Assembly (NCBI GenBank): GCA_964291415.2 | Contig: OZ219920.1 | Location: forward strand, 64,001 to 128,000 | DNA length: 64,000 nucleotides | Source of the DNA: Alphaproteobacteria bacterium | GTDB lineage: Bacteria > Pseudomonadota > Alphaproteobacteria > SP197 | Reading direction: 5' to 3' | Shown: one piece after another, positions 8,865-19,338 of the stretch | Numbering within the stretch: position 1 is the stretch's first letter | How the letters are laid out: every line of letters begins with the position of its first letter | Notes under the pieces: model-generated | The model's database searches: none | Told to the model about the DNA's origin: nothing | What the model saw: only the letters and a program-made list of their open reading frames with translations | Translations under genes and position numbers: made by a program

Positions 8865-10880
8865 TCAGGAACAGGTACGCGGGATGTCCGGCGACCACGT
8901 GCGAACCAGGACCGTTTCGCCGTTTTCGGTGACTTCGAGGCGGCCTCGCGGCCGGAACATGGCGGGCGTGGACCTGAGTTCGGCAATCGACGTGACCGCC
9001 ACGGACCAGGTGCCGCGGTGAAAGGTGAGACGGTGCTCAACCCGGCTGTGGCCACTGTTGTCGTTCCCGGGAATGATGGAGTGCTCACACGTGGTCCTGG
9101 ATCCGAACGCGACTCCGGTGCCGTGGAAGCGCACCTGTGCCGGCGTGTTGGTCCACCCCGATGTGAGGCGGCCCGAGGCTGCGTCACGCCGCGTGTTCCT
9201 GGAGATGGAGGCAGCGGCGAGAACCGTTGCGCTCTCGCCCGACGGTTCCAGGGGCGCCGGAAACCGGACCGACGCATCCGCCTCCCGGTCGCCGGCGCGC
9301 CGAGGCAGGGTAAGGCGCGCCTCGCCGGCGCCGATGGTCACAGGCTCGGATTGCGGCGACGGCCAGATCTGCGGCCACAGCGTGGTGGAAAGCGCGAGGC
9401 GAATGCGGTGTCCGGCTCGGAAACGATAGGCCGTTCCCGGAAACACGATCCGGCAACGGCGACGCCCTTCGGATGTTCCGAGGGGGACGCCCTCGTCATC
9501 GAGCGCCAGATTACGAACGGCACAGGAGACTCGCGCAACGCCGCCGTCGGGAGGGACATCGTTGAGGCGCAGGGCAAGGGTGGCGACGGAAGCGTCACAC
9601 TCGACCTCAAGGTCGAGAACCGCTTCGCCGACGAGGTCGACGGGGGTCTCGAGTCTGTCGCTCTCGAAGACGAGAGACAGGGCATCGTCGGCGCGCTGAT
9701 CAAGGGGGAGGCCACCTGACCGCCCGAAGTATCCGGTATCGCCGCTGGCCAGGCCGACCCTGCCGTCATAAGGCACGGCAGCGGGTCGACGGTCGCCGCC
9801 CGGCGGGTCCGTCAGTCTCCCATCGGCCAGGGCGAACACCAGCGGCGTGATCCGGGAAGAAGGCCAGGAGTCTTCGGCGATCCAGTTGCCCAGGCGCCGC
9901 GTCATCCTGTCGGCGGGGAGCTGGTACTCCATCCGCCAGACGCGCAGGCGCGGCTCGCGGTCAACGCCGTTGTCAACACCCTTCAGCCAGCGGTCCCACC
10001 ACCTCACGGCCTCCTGCTGGAAACCCATCGCCGGTCCCGGTTCTCCGGCAAAGGGATAGTGATGACCCCAGGGTCCGACGATGCCCCAGCAGTCACCGCC
10101 GGTCCCGGCGACGAGCGACATGACGGCATTGCTGTAGCGGTCCGCCCAGCCGCCGACCGCCAGCACCGGACAGGAGATCGTGTGCATCGTCCCGATAACG
10201 GAACTTCGCCGCCAGTAGTCGTCGCGCCACTCGTGGCTGATCCACGTCTCCAGAGGGAAGGCCAGACGTTCCAGGCGCGCCAGCCACATCTCCCGCCATC
10301 CCTCACCCACCGTTTGCGGATCGGGTGGCGAGGCAAGAATGGCGGGCAACTGGGCGCCCCACTCGACGGTATCGGTCAGCAGGCAGCCACCCATGTGGTG
10401 AATGTCGTCGTCGAACCGGTTGTGGGTGGCGCAACAGGCAATGATCGCCTTGAGCGCCGGTGGAGCCCGGCATGCCGCCAGAAGGCTTGCCGTGCCACCC
10501 CAGGACTGTCCGAACATGCCCACATGGCCATCGCACCAGGGTTGAGCCGCGATCCACTCGATCACGCGAATGGCATCGTCGAGTTCGGCATCGGTGAACA
10601 TGTCGGCCATGTGGCCTTCGGAATCGCCCGATCCGCGCATGTCGACGCGGATCGATGCGTAACCCGCTTCGGCAAACACCGCGTGGTTGCACTCGTCGCG
10701 AAGTCGCGTCAGGTCACGCTTTCGATAGGGGATGAATTCGAGGAGTGCGGGGACCGGTGCATCGTCGGCCGACGATGGCAGCCACAGCCGTGCGGCCAGG
10801 CGCACGCCATCGGTCATGCCGATCCACAAATGTTCCGTCTCGCGGACCGCCAGACCCCGTTCTCCGCACTCCGTGAACAA
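8865..10880 (-). CDS. CocE/NonD family serine hydrolase (peptidase S15-like)
   Basis: DGVRLAARLW, PYRK, DMRGSGDSEG, nucleophile GQSWGG, VGPWGH. Confidence 0.9.
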   Translation of the reverse strand: MFTECGERGLAVRETEHLWIGMTDGVRLAARLWLPSSADDAPVPALLEFIPYRKRDLTRLRDECNHAVFAEAGYASIRVDMRGSGDSEGHMADMFTDAELDDAIRVIEWIAAQPWCDGHVGMFGQSWGGTASLLAACRAPPALKAIIACCATHNRFDDDIHHMGGCLLTDTVEWGAQLPAILASPPDPQTVGEGWREMWLARLERLAFPLETWISHEWRDDYWRRSSVIGTMHTISCPVLAVGGWADRYSNAVMSLVAGTGGDCWGIVGPWGHHYPFAGEPGPAMGFQQEAVRWWDRWLKGVDNGVDREPRLRVWRMEYQLPADRMTRRLGNWIAEDSWPSSRITPLVFALADGRLTDPPGGDRRPAAVPYDGRVGLASGDTGYFGRSGGLPLDQRADDALSLVFESDRLETPVDLVGEAVLDLEVECDASVATLALRLNDVPPDGGVARVSCAVRNLALDDEGVPLGTSEGRRRCRIVFPGTAYRFRAGHRIRLALSTTLWPQIWPSPQSEPVTIGAGEARLTLPRRAGDREADASVRFPAPLEPSGESATVLAAASISRNTRRDAASGRLTSGWTNTPAQVRFHGTGVAFGSRTTCEHSIIPGNDNSGHSRVEHRLTFHRGTWSVAVTSIAELRSTPAMFRPRGRLEVTENGETVLVRTWSPDIPRTCS

Positions 10881-10886
10881 TGCCGC

Positions 10887-12464
10887 TCAGGTCGCGAACC
10901 ACCAGCGCCGCGCCAGCCTGGCGTCATCCATGCGCCGGCTGCCGCTGACTTCGCCTCGGCCCAGGGCGTCCGAGGCGCCGATGAGAGAACTGGCAAAGGC
11001 GACGACGGTGGTGCCGCCCTCCATGTTGAGAATCTCCTGGAGTTCGAAGTACATGTCCCGGCGCAGGGCCTGGTCGGGTTCACTCCTGGCGGCGGTGAGC
11101 AGGGAATCGAAGCGTTCGCTCCTGAAATAGGTGTCGTTCCAGGACGACGTCGAGATGTAGGACGACGTCAGCATCCAGTCGACGGTCGGGCGACCGTTCC
11201 AGTAGACGCAGCACCAGGGCGCCACCAGCCAGACTTCCGACCAGTATCCGTCACCCGGCACCCGGTCGACGGTGACGTCGATTCCCGCAGGCGCCATCGA
11301 TTCGGCCATGAGCACACCCATGTCGACCGAGCCGCCGAAGGCGCCGTCACTGGCCTTCAACTCGAGGGCTATCGAATCCAGGCCGGCCTGCTTCAGGTGC
11401 CATGAGGCCTTGTCCGGATCGTATTCACGCTGCGGCAGGTCCGTGTTGAAGAACTGCTGGTTGCGGCCGATCGGATGGTCGTTGCCGACATAGCCGAACC
11501 CGCCGAACACCTTGTCGACGATTTCCTGGCGTCTGATGCCGTACTTGACCGCAAGGCGGATGTGATTGTCGGTGAAGGGATCGACATCGGTGCGCATGGC
11601 GGTGGTGTAGTGCTGCGTTCCGGGAACCTCCAGCAAACTCACGCCATCGGTGCTCCCCAGGAGGCCGGCGGTGCGTCCATCGGGCTGCGATATGACATCG
11701 GCCGACCCGCTCAGCAGTGCGCTGGCCCGGGACGAGGGATCCTCGATGTTGAGAAGTTCCACCGAATCAAAGAAGCCCTGGTCGTCCCGGTAGAAGTTCG
11801 CGTACTTGCTGCCGGCAAAGCGCACGCCGGGGACGAACTCCTCGAGAACGTATGGCCCGGAACCGACACCCTGTTCCCAGTCAGTCGTTCCTTCCGGTCC
11901 GATCAGCATGCCGAAGGCCGACAGATGAGCGGGCAGATCGAAGTTGACCTCCTTTTGCACCATGACGACGGTGTCGGGGCCGTCGGACTTCACGTCCTCC
12001 AGGGCACCGATGATCTGCTTGCCTTCCGCGTAGGTGTTGTCGTCGCTCACCTGACGATTGAGCGACCAGACGACATCGTCGGCTGTCACCGTCTTGCCGT
12101 TGTGAAACTCCGCTTCGCGCAGGCGGAAGGTCCATGTCCGGCCGTCCGTCGAGGTCTCCCAGCTCTCGGCGAGACTGCCCACCGGGGTCCCGTCGGCCTG
12201 GAGTTCCGTCAGGGTGTCGAAGCAGCACAGGGCCGCCATGGTCACATGATCGGTGCCGATCGCCTTGATCGGATCAAGGGTGTCGATGGACGCGCCGCCA
12301 TCCAGGCCGATGGTCACGTGCCCGCCATGCGAGGGCGCGGCATGGGCCGTTCGTGCCCACAGCGCCGATGCCGCGGCAATGGTCATGCCCGATGCCATGG
12401 CGGCGTTCATGAAACAGCGCCTGTCGAGCCCGCTTGTCACGGGCGGCTTGCGTTGATCACTCAT
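10887..12464 (-). CDS. Peptide/nickel-type (family 5) ABC substrate-binding protein with Tat signal
   Basis: LDRRCFM twin-arginine motif, LAESWE, FHNGKTVTADDV, GSGPY, PFTDNHIRLA. Confidence 0.9.
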   Translation of the reverse strand: MSDQRKPPVTSGLDRRCFMNAAMASGMTIAAASALWARTAHAAPSHGGHVTIGLDGGASIDTLDPIKAIGTDHVTMAALCCFDTLTELQADGTPVGSLAESWETSTDGRTWTFRLREAEFHNGKTVTADDVVWSLNRQVSDDNTYAEGKQIIGALEDVKSDGPDTVVMVQKEVNFDLPAHLSAFGMLIGPEGTTDWEQGVGSGPYVLEEFVPGVRFAGSKYANFYRDDQGFFDSVELLNIEDPSSRASALLSGSADVISQPDGRTAGLLGSTDGVSLLEVPGTQHYTTAMRTDVDPFTDNHIRLAVKYGIRRQEIVDKVFGGFGYVGNDHPIGRNQQFFNTDLPQREYDPDKASWHLKQAGLDSIALELKASDGAFGGSVDMGVLMAESMAPAGIDVTVDRVPGDGYWSEVWLVAPWCCVYWNGRPTVDWMLTSSYISTSSWNDTYFRSERFDSLLTAARSEPDQALRRDMYFELQEILNMEGGTTVVAFASSLIGASDALGRGEVSGSRRMDDARLARRWWFAT

Positions 12465-12581
12465 GTGTCTTCCTGAAGTTGGTGTTTCCAGCCTCACAGT
12501 ATGGAGTGTCCGCACGCGTTCAACCCGATCTGGTCGTCCGGGCGTTCAGCCGTGATCCCTGCGCCACGCCGGGGGCAGGGT

Positions 12582-13442
12582 CTACACGGGCCGGTCGCCT
12601 TCGACGGTGACGCGCCACATCAGGCGCCTGGTGCCAGGGTAGTCGTTGGTCGCATAGTGCTGCGTGCAGCGGTTGTCCCAGATGACCAGGGTGTTCGGCT
12701 GCCAGCGTACCCGGCAGGTGAAGTCGGGACGCACGAGGTGGCGGAACAGGAAATCGAGGATGGCACGGCTCTCGTGCGACGTCATTCCCTCGATGGCGCG
12801 GGTGAAGTACTCGTTGACGAAGAGCGCCTTCCTTCCCGATTCGGGGTGGGTGCGTACCAGGGGATGGCTCACTGTTTCGGGCGCATGGGCGAGGCTGGCG
12901 TCCCTGCCGTGCCCCTGGAAGGCCGTGTGTTCGGCCTTCAGACCGTCGAGCATGCGGCGCATGACGGGCGACAGCGCATCCCAGGCGAGAACCATGTTGG
13001 CAAACAGCGTGTCGCCGCCGAAGGGCGGCACGATGCGGGCGTGGAGAAGGGAGGCGAGGGAAGGGCGCTCGGCCCAGGTGATGTCGCTGTGCCAGCGACC
13101 GGCAAAGCGTGCGGTCTCGTTTTCCTCGGAACGCACCTCCATGACTTCCGGATGGCCCGCCACGCCGGCGACGAAGGGATTGATGTGGAGACCACCAAAC
13201 CGCCGCCCCAGCGCAACCAGACCGCCGGCGTCGAGATCCTGGTCGCGCAGGACGAGAACCATGTGATTGAGAAGCGCGCGGCGCAGGTCGGCGAACTGTT
13301 GTCGATCGATTCCGGAGCCGAGGTCGATGCCGTGGACCTCTGCGCCGAGCGCACCACTGATCGGGGTCACGGTGAGGGACGTGTAGTCGTCCGTCTCCTG
13401 GCCGTCGTGCCGCAGGGGAGGCAGGTAGTCGATGGTTCCCAT
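12582..13442 (-). CDS. TauD/TfdA family Fe(II)/2-oxoglutarate dioxygenase
   Basis: LGAEVHGIDL, WHSD facial triad, GGDTLF, HPLVRTHPESGRKALFVN, WDNRCTQH. Confidence 0.92.
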   Translation of the reverse strand: MGTIDYLPPLRHDGQETDDYTSLTVTPISGALGAEVHGIDLGSGIDRQQFADLRRALLNHMVLVLRDQDLDAGGLVALGRRFGGLHINPFVAGVAGHPEVMEVRSEENETARFAGRWHSDITWAERPSLASLLHARIVPPFGGDTLFANMVLAWDALSPVMRRMLDGLKAEHTAFQGHGRDASLAHAPETVSHPLVRTHPESGRKALFVNEYFTRAIEGMTSHESRAILDFLFRHLVRPDFTCRVRWQPNTLVIWDNRCTQHYATNDYPGTRRLMWRVTVEGDRPV

Positions 13443-13525
13443 GTCACCTTTGCGCCGGCATTGCCTCGTCCATTCCAGAGTCCCCGATCCGGGGCCTTGA
13501 GGTCCTTGGTTCGAAATCCACTTCT

Positions 13526-14617
13526 TCAGGAGAGGAGAACGACCGAACGCCTTGACCAGTTCAGCCACACCTCTCCATCGCGCAGGCCACCCTCGACGAC
13601 GTCACTGTCCAGGTTGGGCACAGACACAATGAGTGGCGCCTCGATTCCATCAACCTTCACGAAGTGATGACTGCGGTCGCCGAGGTAGGCCGTGGAGTTG
13701 ATGACGCCTCTGAGGATGTTGCCGCTGTCAGGTCTGGTCGTGTGAAGCGAGATCTTCTCCGGACGTACGGCCACGGTGCAACGCGCGCCGGACCTGGGGT
13801 GAGGATCCCGCCTGCGAGCCTCGATGATGCCGGCAGCTCCGGCATCGACTTCCAGCGTATCGCTCCTGACCTCGAGTACCCGGGCATCGAAAAAATTCAT
13901 GGTGCCGATGAACTCTGCGACCTCACGGTTGCGCGGCACCTCATAGAGCCTGGCCGGGGAGTCGATCTGCAGGTGGCGTCCATTCGACATGACGGCGACG
14001 CGATCCGACATGGTGAGCGCTTCCTCCTGGTCGTGGGTTACGAACACGAAGGTGATACCGACCGAACGCTGGAGATCCCTGAGTTCCAACTGCATGTTTT
14101 CCCGCAACTTCTTGTCGAGCGCCCCGAGCGGTTCATCGAGGAGGAGAACCTTGGGCTGGCGGATCAGCGCTCGGGCCAGGGCTACACGCTGTCTTTCGCC
14201 GCCTGACAATTCGTGCGAGGCGCGCTCCTGGTATCCGGGAAGCTTGATGAGATCCAGCATCTCCTCGACGCGTTCATTGACGCGGGCTCGGGGCAGTCGC
14301 GCCTCGAGAAGGCCGTAGGCGATGTTCTTCTTCACTGTCAGGTGAGGGAAGATGGCGTAGTTCTGGAACACGATGTTGACGGGTCGATGGTTGGGCGCAA
14401 CCGCTGCCATGGCCTGTCCGTCGATATGGACTTCTCCGGATGTCGGAAACTCGAAGCCTGCAAGGATGCGCAGCAGCGTACTCTTCCCGCACCCCGACGG
14501 ACCGAGCAGGGAAAAGAATTCGCCCCTGCGGATGTCAATGCTGACCTGGTCCACGGCCAGGACGCGACCGAAACTCTTGGAGACATTCTGTATGGATATG
14601 AAGGAGGTATCGTCCAT
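13526..14617 (-). CDS. Polyamine-type ABC transporter ATP-binding protein (PotA-like)
   Basis: GPSGCGKST, LSGGERQR, LLLDEP, VTHDQEEA and C-terminal TOBE region. Confidence 0.93.
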   Translation of the reverse strand: MDDTSFISIQNVSKSFGRVLAVDQVSIDIRRGEFFSLLGPSGCGKSTLLRILAGFEFPTSGEVHIDGQAMAAVAPNHRPVNIVFQNYAIFPHLTVKKNIAYGLLEARLPRARVNERVEEMLDLIKLPGYQERASHELSGGERQRVALARALIRQPKVLLLDEPLGALDKKLRENMQLELRDLQRSVGITFVFVTHDQEEALTMSDRVAVMSNGRHLQIDSPARLYEVPRNREVAEFIGTMNFFDARVLEVRSDTLEVDAGAAGIIEARRRDPHPRSGARCTVAVRPEKISLHTTRPDSGNILRGVINSTAYLGDRSHHFVKVDGIEAPLIVSVPNLDSDVVEGGLRDGEVWLNWSRRSVVLLS

Positions 14618-14663
14618 CAGGCAAGGCTCCCGGGGTGCTCGTCATGGTGGCAGGGTCCCGTCA

Positions 14664-16421
14664 TCATCGGTACCCGTCCGCCGGCGTCACGATGTGCCTG
14701 TCTCCCGAACGCCTGAAAATCTCGGCGGTGACGATGAGAATGATGGACACCATGAAGATGAGAGCGCCCAGGGCCAGAACGCTTGGCAGCGTTTGCGGGA
14801 AACGCACCTGCGTCCATATGAAGACGGGTAGGGTGACCTGGTTGCCTCCCAGGAAGAAGGCGAAGAGAAACTCGTCGAAAGACGCGGTGAATGTGAGCAG
14901 GAACGAGGCAACGACGGCCGGCAGGATAAGCGGGAACGTGACACGCCAGAAGGTCATGAACCCGCCTACACCCAGATCTCGTGAAGCTTCCTCGATGTTC
15001 CTGGAGAAGCCCTCGAGGCGTGCCATCACGACCAGGGTGGCAAAGGGGAGCGTGGTCACGACATGGGCGACCCCGACTGCCCACAACGACAGAGGCATGC
15101 CCACGGCAAGGGCAAGAACGAGGAGACCGACTGCCAGGATGATGCCGGGCATCACCATTGGAACGAGGATAAAGCCGATGGCCAACCCCCTGCCGGGCAT
15201 CCGGTAACGGGTCAGCGCCTTGCCGGCAAAGATCGCCAGGATGGTCGTCGTGGTGGCGACGGGCAGGGCCACCTTCAGGCTGTTGAAGAGGGCGCTCTGC
15301 AAGCCGGCATGATCGGCCAGCGCGGCATACCACTTGAGAGTGAAGTCCTTGAGCGGCAGCACCATCTGGATACTGTCATTGAAGGAAAAGACCGGCAGCA
15401 TCACGGAGGGGATGTAGAGAAACGCCAGGTAGAGGATGACGTAGATGAGCAGCCAGTCAATTCCGCGCCTGGTGCGATCGACAGGCCGGGATGCCGTCGT
15501 TGTGATTTCCATGTCCCGCGCCCTGACCGTACCCAGACGGGCGAACCAGATGAAGGTGCAGACGATGGCAGTGATCGAGATCATCATGATGATCGTCAGC
15601 GCCGCTCCCAGGGGCCAGTTGTTGGCGGCACCGAACTGGGCGGCGACAATCTGGCCGATCATGACACCCTTGGGCCCGCCCACCATGATGGGCGTGATGT
15701 AATCTCCGACCGTGGGGATGAACTCGATAACAGCCGCGGCAATCACTCCGGGCATGGAAAGCGGAAGAGTGATACGCAGGAAGCGCTTGACCGGTCCGTC
15801 ACCCAGATCGGCAGCCGCCTCAAGGAGCGACCGGTCGATCTTCTGCAGCGAGACGTAAATGGGCAGGATGGCGAATGCCGCCCACGCATGGGCCAGCGTG
15901 AGCACCACGGCAAAGCGGCTGTAGAGCAGATACTCCAGGGGCTCCTCGATGAAGCCCAGTCCCTCCAGGGTGCCGTTGATCACGCCATTGTTGCCCAGCA
16001 TGATCTTCCAGGCGAGAACGCGCAGCAGGTAGCTTGTGACAAACGGAATGTTGATCAGGATCAGCCAGGTCATCTTGTTCCGGGTCACCCTGAAGGCGAG
16101 AAAGTAGGCCACGGGATAGGCGAGCACGATCGTGATGAGCGTCACGGTGGCGGACATCCTGATCGATCGCAGGAGCAGCTTTCCGTAGATCCACTTGTCG
16201 AAGAACGTTTCGTAGTTCTTGAGCGTGAAGGTCTGGTCGATGTGCACGTAGGTCTGTGACCAGAAACTGTAGGTCACGAGCGTGAAGATCGGCAGCGCCA
16301 GAAGGCAGATCATGGTGACGATCGCCGGCGACAGAAGCGTGTAGCCGCGCAGCCACTCGAAACGCAGGAAACAGGCCCTTGTCCAGGCAATCCAGTCACT
16401 GGCGGGGACGTGTACTGTCAT
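14664..16421 (-). CDS. Fused PotB-PotC-type ABC permease (two TM domains)
   Basis: 585 aa with two EAA loops (LLEAAADLG and IEEASRDLG); a PotB-like half followed by a PotC-like half. Confidence 0.9.
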   Translation of the reverse strand: MTVHVPASDWIAWTRACFLRFEWLRGYTLLSPAIVTMICLLALPIFTLVTYSFWSQTYVHIDQTFTLKNYETFFDKWIYGKLLLRSIRMSATVTLITIVLAYPVAYFLAFRVTRNKMTWLILINIPFVTSYLLRVLAWKIMLGNNGVINGTLEGLGFIEEPLEYLLYSRFAVVLTLAHAWAAFAILPIYVSLQKIDRSLLEAAADLGDGPVKRFLRITLPLSMPGVIAAAVIEFIPTVGDYITPIMVGGPKGVMIGQIVAAQFGAANNWPLGAALTIIMMISITAIVCTFIWFARLGTVRARDMEITTTASRPVDRTRRGIDWLLIYVILYLAFLYIPSVMLPVFSFNDSIQMVLPLKDFTLKWYAALADHAGLQSALFNSLKVALPVATTTTILAIFAGKALTRYRMPGRGLAIGFILVPMVMPGIILAVGLLVLALAVGMPLSLWAVGVAHVVTTLPFATLVVMARLEGFSRNIEEASRDLGVGGFMTFWRVTFPLILPAVVASFLLTFTASFDEFLFAFFLGGNQVTLPVFIWTQVRFPQTLPSVLALGALIFMVSIILIVTAEIFRRSGDRHIVTPADGYR

Positions 16422-16440
16422 GATTTGCCGAACGTCCGTC

Positions 16441-17724
16441 CTACCACTCGTGCCGGCTTTGCCAGCGGTATGCGGCGAGACGGGCGTGGGCGCCCAGGGC
16501 GAGGAATGGCTGGGCGGGCAGCCTGGCGGGACCGCTGAGCGTCACCGCGTCATCAATCAGGGACGATTCGCCGCCGAGGGCGTGTTCGGCCACGAGCTTG
16601 CCGGAAATCGTGCCCCGCGCCAGTCCCACGCCGCAGTAGCCCAGCGAGACAAAGAGGCCGGGTTCAAGGCGTCCGAAGTGCGTCGACCAATCTCTCGTCA
16701 TGCAGAAGACACCGGCCCAGGTATGCTCGAAGTCGAGATGTCGCAGCATGGGGAAGCGATCGGCGACACCCTTGCGGTGCGATTCCAGGAGATGTTTCTG
16801 CCGCTGCCGGCCAAGCCGGAAATCTCCGGCACAGAAAGTACCGAAGCGCGCCAGGATGCGGTTGGAAGGGGTGCGCCGCATGGTTGCCGTCCCCGTAATC
16901 CCCCAGTCCCGGTGGCCGCCCAGGGCAGCGTCTTCGTCCTCGTTGAGGGGCCGTGACAGGCTGGCACAGGCGATCATCGGAAACACGTGGTTCTTCAGAA
17001 GGCCGAGCCGGGTGATGAAGGCGTTCGTTGTCAGGAGGACGCCGGGGGCGCTGACACGACCATCGTCACAGATCACCGAGCGGGGATTGCCGGCGGAGAT
17101 GTCCCGCACGCACGTGTCCTCGAAGACATCGACATTCTCCGGCAGGGACTGGCCAAGACCACGGCACATGGCCGCCGGATTGACCGTGACGGTTCGTGGT
17201 GTGAAGACGGCCGCGTGGTAATGGTGGGTGCCGATGATGTCGGCGAGAGCGTCACCCTCCAGCCACTCCCATGTCTCCCCCAGGTCTTCCAGCATGCGAA
17301 CGGTGGCATGAAGCCCACCGATTCTTGACTTGTCGACGACCGCGGTCAGGTGACCGTGAGGGGTCCACTCGCATGCGATGTCGTGCTCATCGACCCGGGC
17401 CTCGAGCTCCGCCAGTCCGGCGAGCACCAGGCGGGATATCCGCCGGTTGGTGTCGCCGTCGAACTGTTCCGTGAGGTGCGGCGTGTCGATGATGAAGCCG
17501 GCGTTGCGGCCGGATGAACCATAGCCGATACGGAACTCCTCGATCAGAACGATCCGCTTGTCGGGAAGCAGTTCGCCGAGGCGGCGGGCGGCAGCAAGTC
17601 CCGTGACGCCGGCGCCGACAACGACCCAGTCGGCAACCTGATCGCCCGTCAGCCGCCTCGCGGGCGGTGGCGGTGGCAGGATGGCATACCAGCCCGGGGC
17701 GTGGTCCCGATCAGGCGCCATCAT
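16441..17724 (-). CDS. FAD-dependent amine oxidoreductase (DAO/PuuB-like)
   Basis: VVGAGVTGL, GSSGRNAGF, TWAG, GYCGVG. Confidence 0.85.
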   Translation of the reverse strand: MMAPDRDHAPGWYAILPPPPPARRLTGDQVADWVVVGAGVTGLAAARRLGELLPDKRIVLIEEFRIGYGSSGRNAGFIIDTPHLTEQFDGDTNRRISRLVLAGLAELEARVDEHDIACEWTPHGHLTAVVDKSRIGGLHATVRMLEDLGETWEWLEGDALADIIGTHHYHAAVFTPRTVTVNPAAMCRGLGQSLPENVDVFEDTCVRDISAGNPRSVICDDGRVSAPGVLLTTNAFITRLGLLKNHVFPMIACASLSRPLNEDEDAALGGHRDWGITGTATMRRTPSNRILARFGTFCAGDFRLGRQRQKHLLESHRKGVADRFPMLRHLDFEHTWAGVFCMTRDWSTHFGRLEPGLFVSLGYCGVGLARGTISGKLVAEHALGGESSLIDDAVTLSGPARLPAQPFLALGAHARLAAYRWQSRHEW

Positions 17725-17905
17725 TCACGTCCCGGCGCGTTGTTCCCAAGCCGGCTGAAAGGGAACGTGGCGAAGGCCGGTGGACACATCACGTCGTGTC
17801 ACCGCGACATAGCGCGCCATGTTGTGCATGGAGGCTTCCATCCTGAATTCGGTCATGACGGCCTCACTCCCTGCCGGACTTTGTCGACGAACGGATGAAT
17901 CAAAG

Positions 17906-17943
17906 ATGCACCCCTTGCCGGAATCCACCGGCAAGGGGTGCAT
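17906..17943. terminator. 16-bp perfect hairpin 3' of SBP gene (terminator or mRNA stabiliser)
   Basis: ATGCACCCCTTGCCGG-AATCCA-CCGGCAAGGGGTGCAT, 12 nt after the SBP stop; weak U-tract. Confidence 0.7.
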
Positions 17944-17955
17944 GTCAGGTGATCG

Positions 17956-19053
17956 CTACATTCCGGCCTGGGCCTCGTGCCACATCTCGATGAGACGTGC
18001 GTCCTTCTCCGGAGGAACCTCGTCGAAGAAGACGCCCTTGGAGAGCAGGGCGACGGGGTCGTCGAGGCCCCTGTCGCGCAGGACGTCCGGGTCGATCAGA
18101 TCGAACGTGTTGATGTTGGCGTGACCGTAGCCGTAGGTCTCGAACAGTGAGAGGCCTCCAACCGGATCCAGCATGGCGTTGATGTAGTCGTAGGCCTGAT
18201 CTTCGGATCCCTCGCCGTCGCTGCTCAGGCACAGTCCGCACATCCAGGGCATGACCGGATCAACAATGACGACCGGGATGCCCTCTTCCTTCATACGCCG
18301 CGAGGCGCTGCCGTAGATGTAGGAAATGCCGACGTCGCCGGCGACCCAGGCCTGTTCGAGCTGGGTGCTGTCGGTCCACACGAAACGGGCGTTGTCCAGC
18401 ATCTTGCGGAAGATCTCCGGCGCCATCGCCATCTCTTCCTCGGTGGGATCGAGGGGGTTGGCCCAGCGGCCAATGACACCCGCCACCAGGATGTTGACAC
18501 CCATCTGTGATGTCAGGGATGTCTTGCCCGCGAAGCGCGGGTCGACGAACAGATCGAAGGTCGGATTGTCGACATCGATGACCTCGGGATTGTAGGCGAC
18601 GGTGGAGAAGCCCCAGTCCCATGGGCAGAAGAAGTACTCGCCGTCAATGCGCACGCCCTTGACCTCGAGAAGGTCGGGAATGATCTCGCCCCACCTCGGG
18701 ATACGGTCCGTCTCGAGGGCCTTGATGAGACCTGCGTCGCGGAACTTCTTCACCGAGGCAGTGCAGGGATGGACCAGGTCCACCCTGAAACCGGCGCGCA
18801 TCTTCTGGAAGGCGTCCTCGGTCTCGGAGAAGAACGTCACTTCCGGCTGTCCGCCGTACTTCGCATTGTACTCGGGGTGGAAGGATTCGTACTCGTAGCC
18901 ATTCCACTCCAGGAGGCTGAGGTCGACTTCGGCCCGGGCCTTGCCGGAAACCAGTGGAACGGTCACGAGACCTGCGGAAGCAAGGACTCCAGCGGCCTCA
19001 CGGCGGGTCAGGGCACCGTCGCGCAACGCCCTGGTGAACTCTTGCGGTTTCAT
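17956..19053 (-). CDS. Polyamine-type (PotD/PotF) substrate-binding protein, Tat-like signal
   Basis: LTRRE, LEWNGY, PWDWG...YNP, AYDYINAML. GGGAG RBS before ATG 19053. Confidence 0.88.
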   Translation of the reverse strand: MKPQEFTRALRDGALTRREAAGVLASAGLVTVPLVSGKARAEVDLSLLEWNGYEYESFHPEYNAKYGGQPEVTFFSETEDAFQKMRAGFRVDLVHPCTASVKKFRDAGLIKALETDRIPRWGEIIPDLLEVKGVRIDGEYFFCPWDWGFSTVAYNPEVIDVDNPTFDLFVDPRFAGKTSLTSQMGVNILVAGVIGRWANPLDPTEEEMAMAPEIFRKMLDNARFVWTDSTQLEQAWVAGDVGISYIYGSASRRMKEEGIPVVIVDPVMPWMCGLCLSSDGEGSEDQAYDYINAMLDPVGGLSLFETYGYGHANINTFDLIDPDVLRDRGLDDPVALLSKGVFFDEVPPEKDARLIEMWHEAQAGM

Positions 19054-19338
19054 GAAATTCTCCCTCATTGTCGGTTTGTTCACGGACAGAACCCGGAATG
19101 GACCGGCGCCCGATTCTCCTTCAAACGATGTTCTGACCGTCCCACGATCGGACGGTTCTCACAATGGCAATCAGGCAGTATAGGCACATCCTCGGGTGGA
19201 TGACAGGCGGCACGGGCGCGCCGAGTCGGGGTGGCGCCGGGAAGGGAAGCGGTGGTTCCATCCGTGCCGGGCTCGCCGCGGGCTTTTCAATTGGATGCGA
19301 CTGGCGATACCATGCCCGGAGCGCGAGGAGTGAAGATC

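Noticed and set aside
13480-13530. GGTTCGAAATCC tRNA T-loop-like motif
   Set aside because: No cloverleaf, acceptor stem or CCA could be built.
17740-17830. AAAGGGAACGTGG segment resembling a cobalamin riboswitch core
   Set aside because: Wrong strand for the flanking genes; no GCCCCCGCAACTGT or B12-box match.
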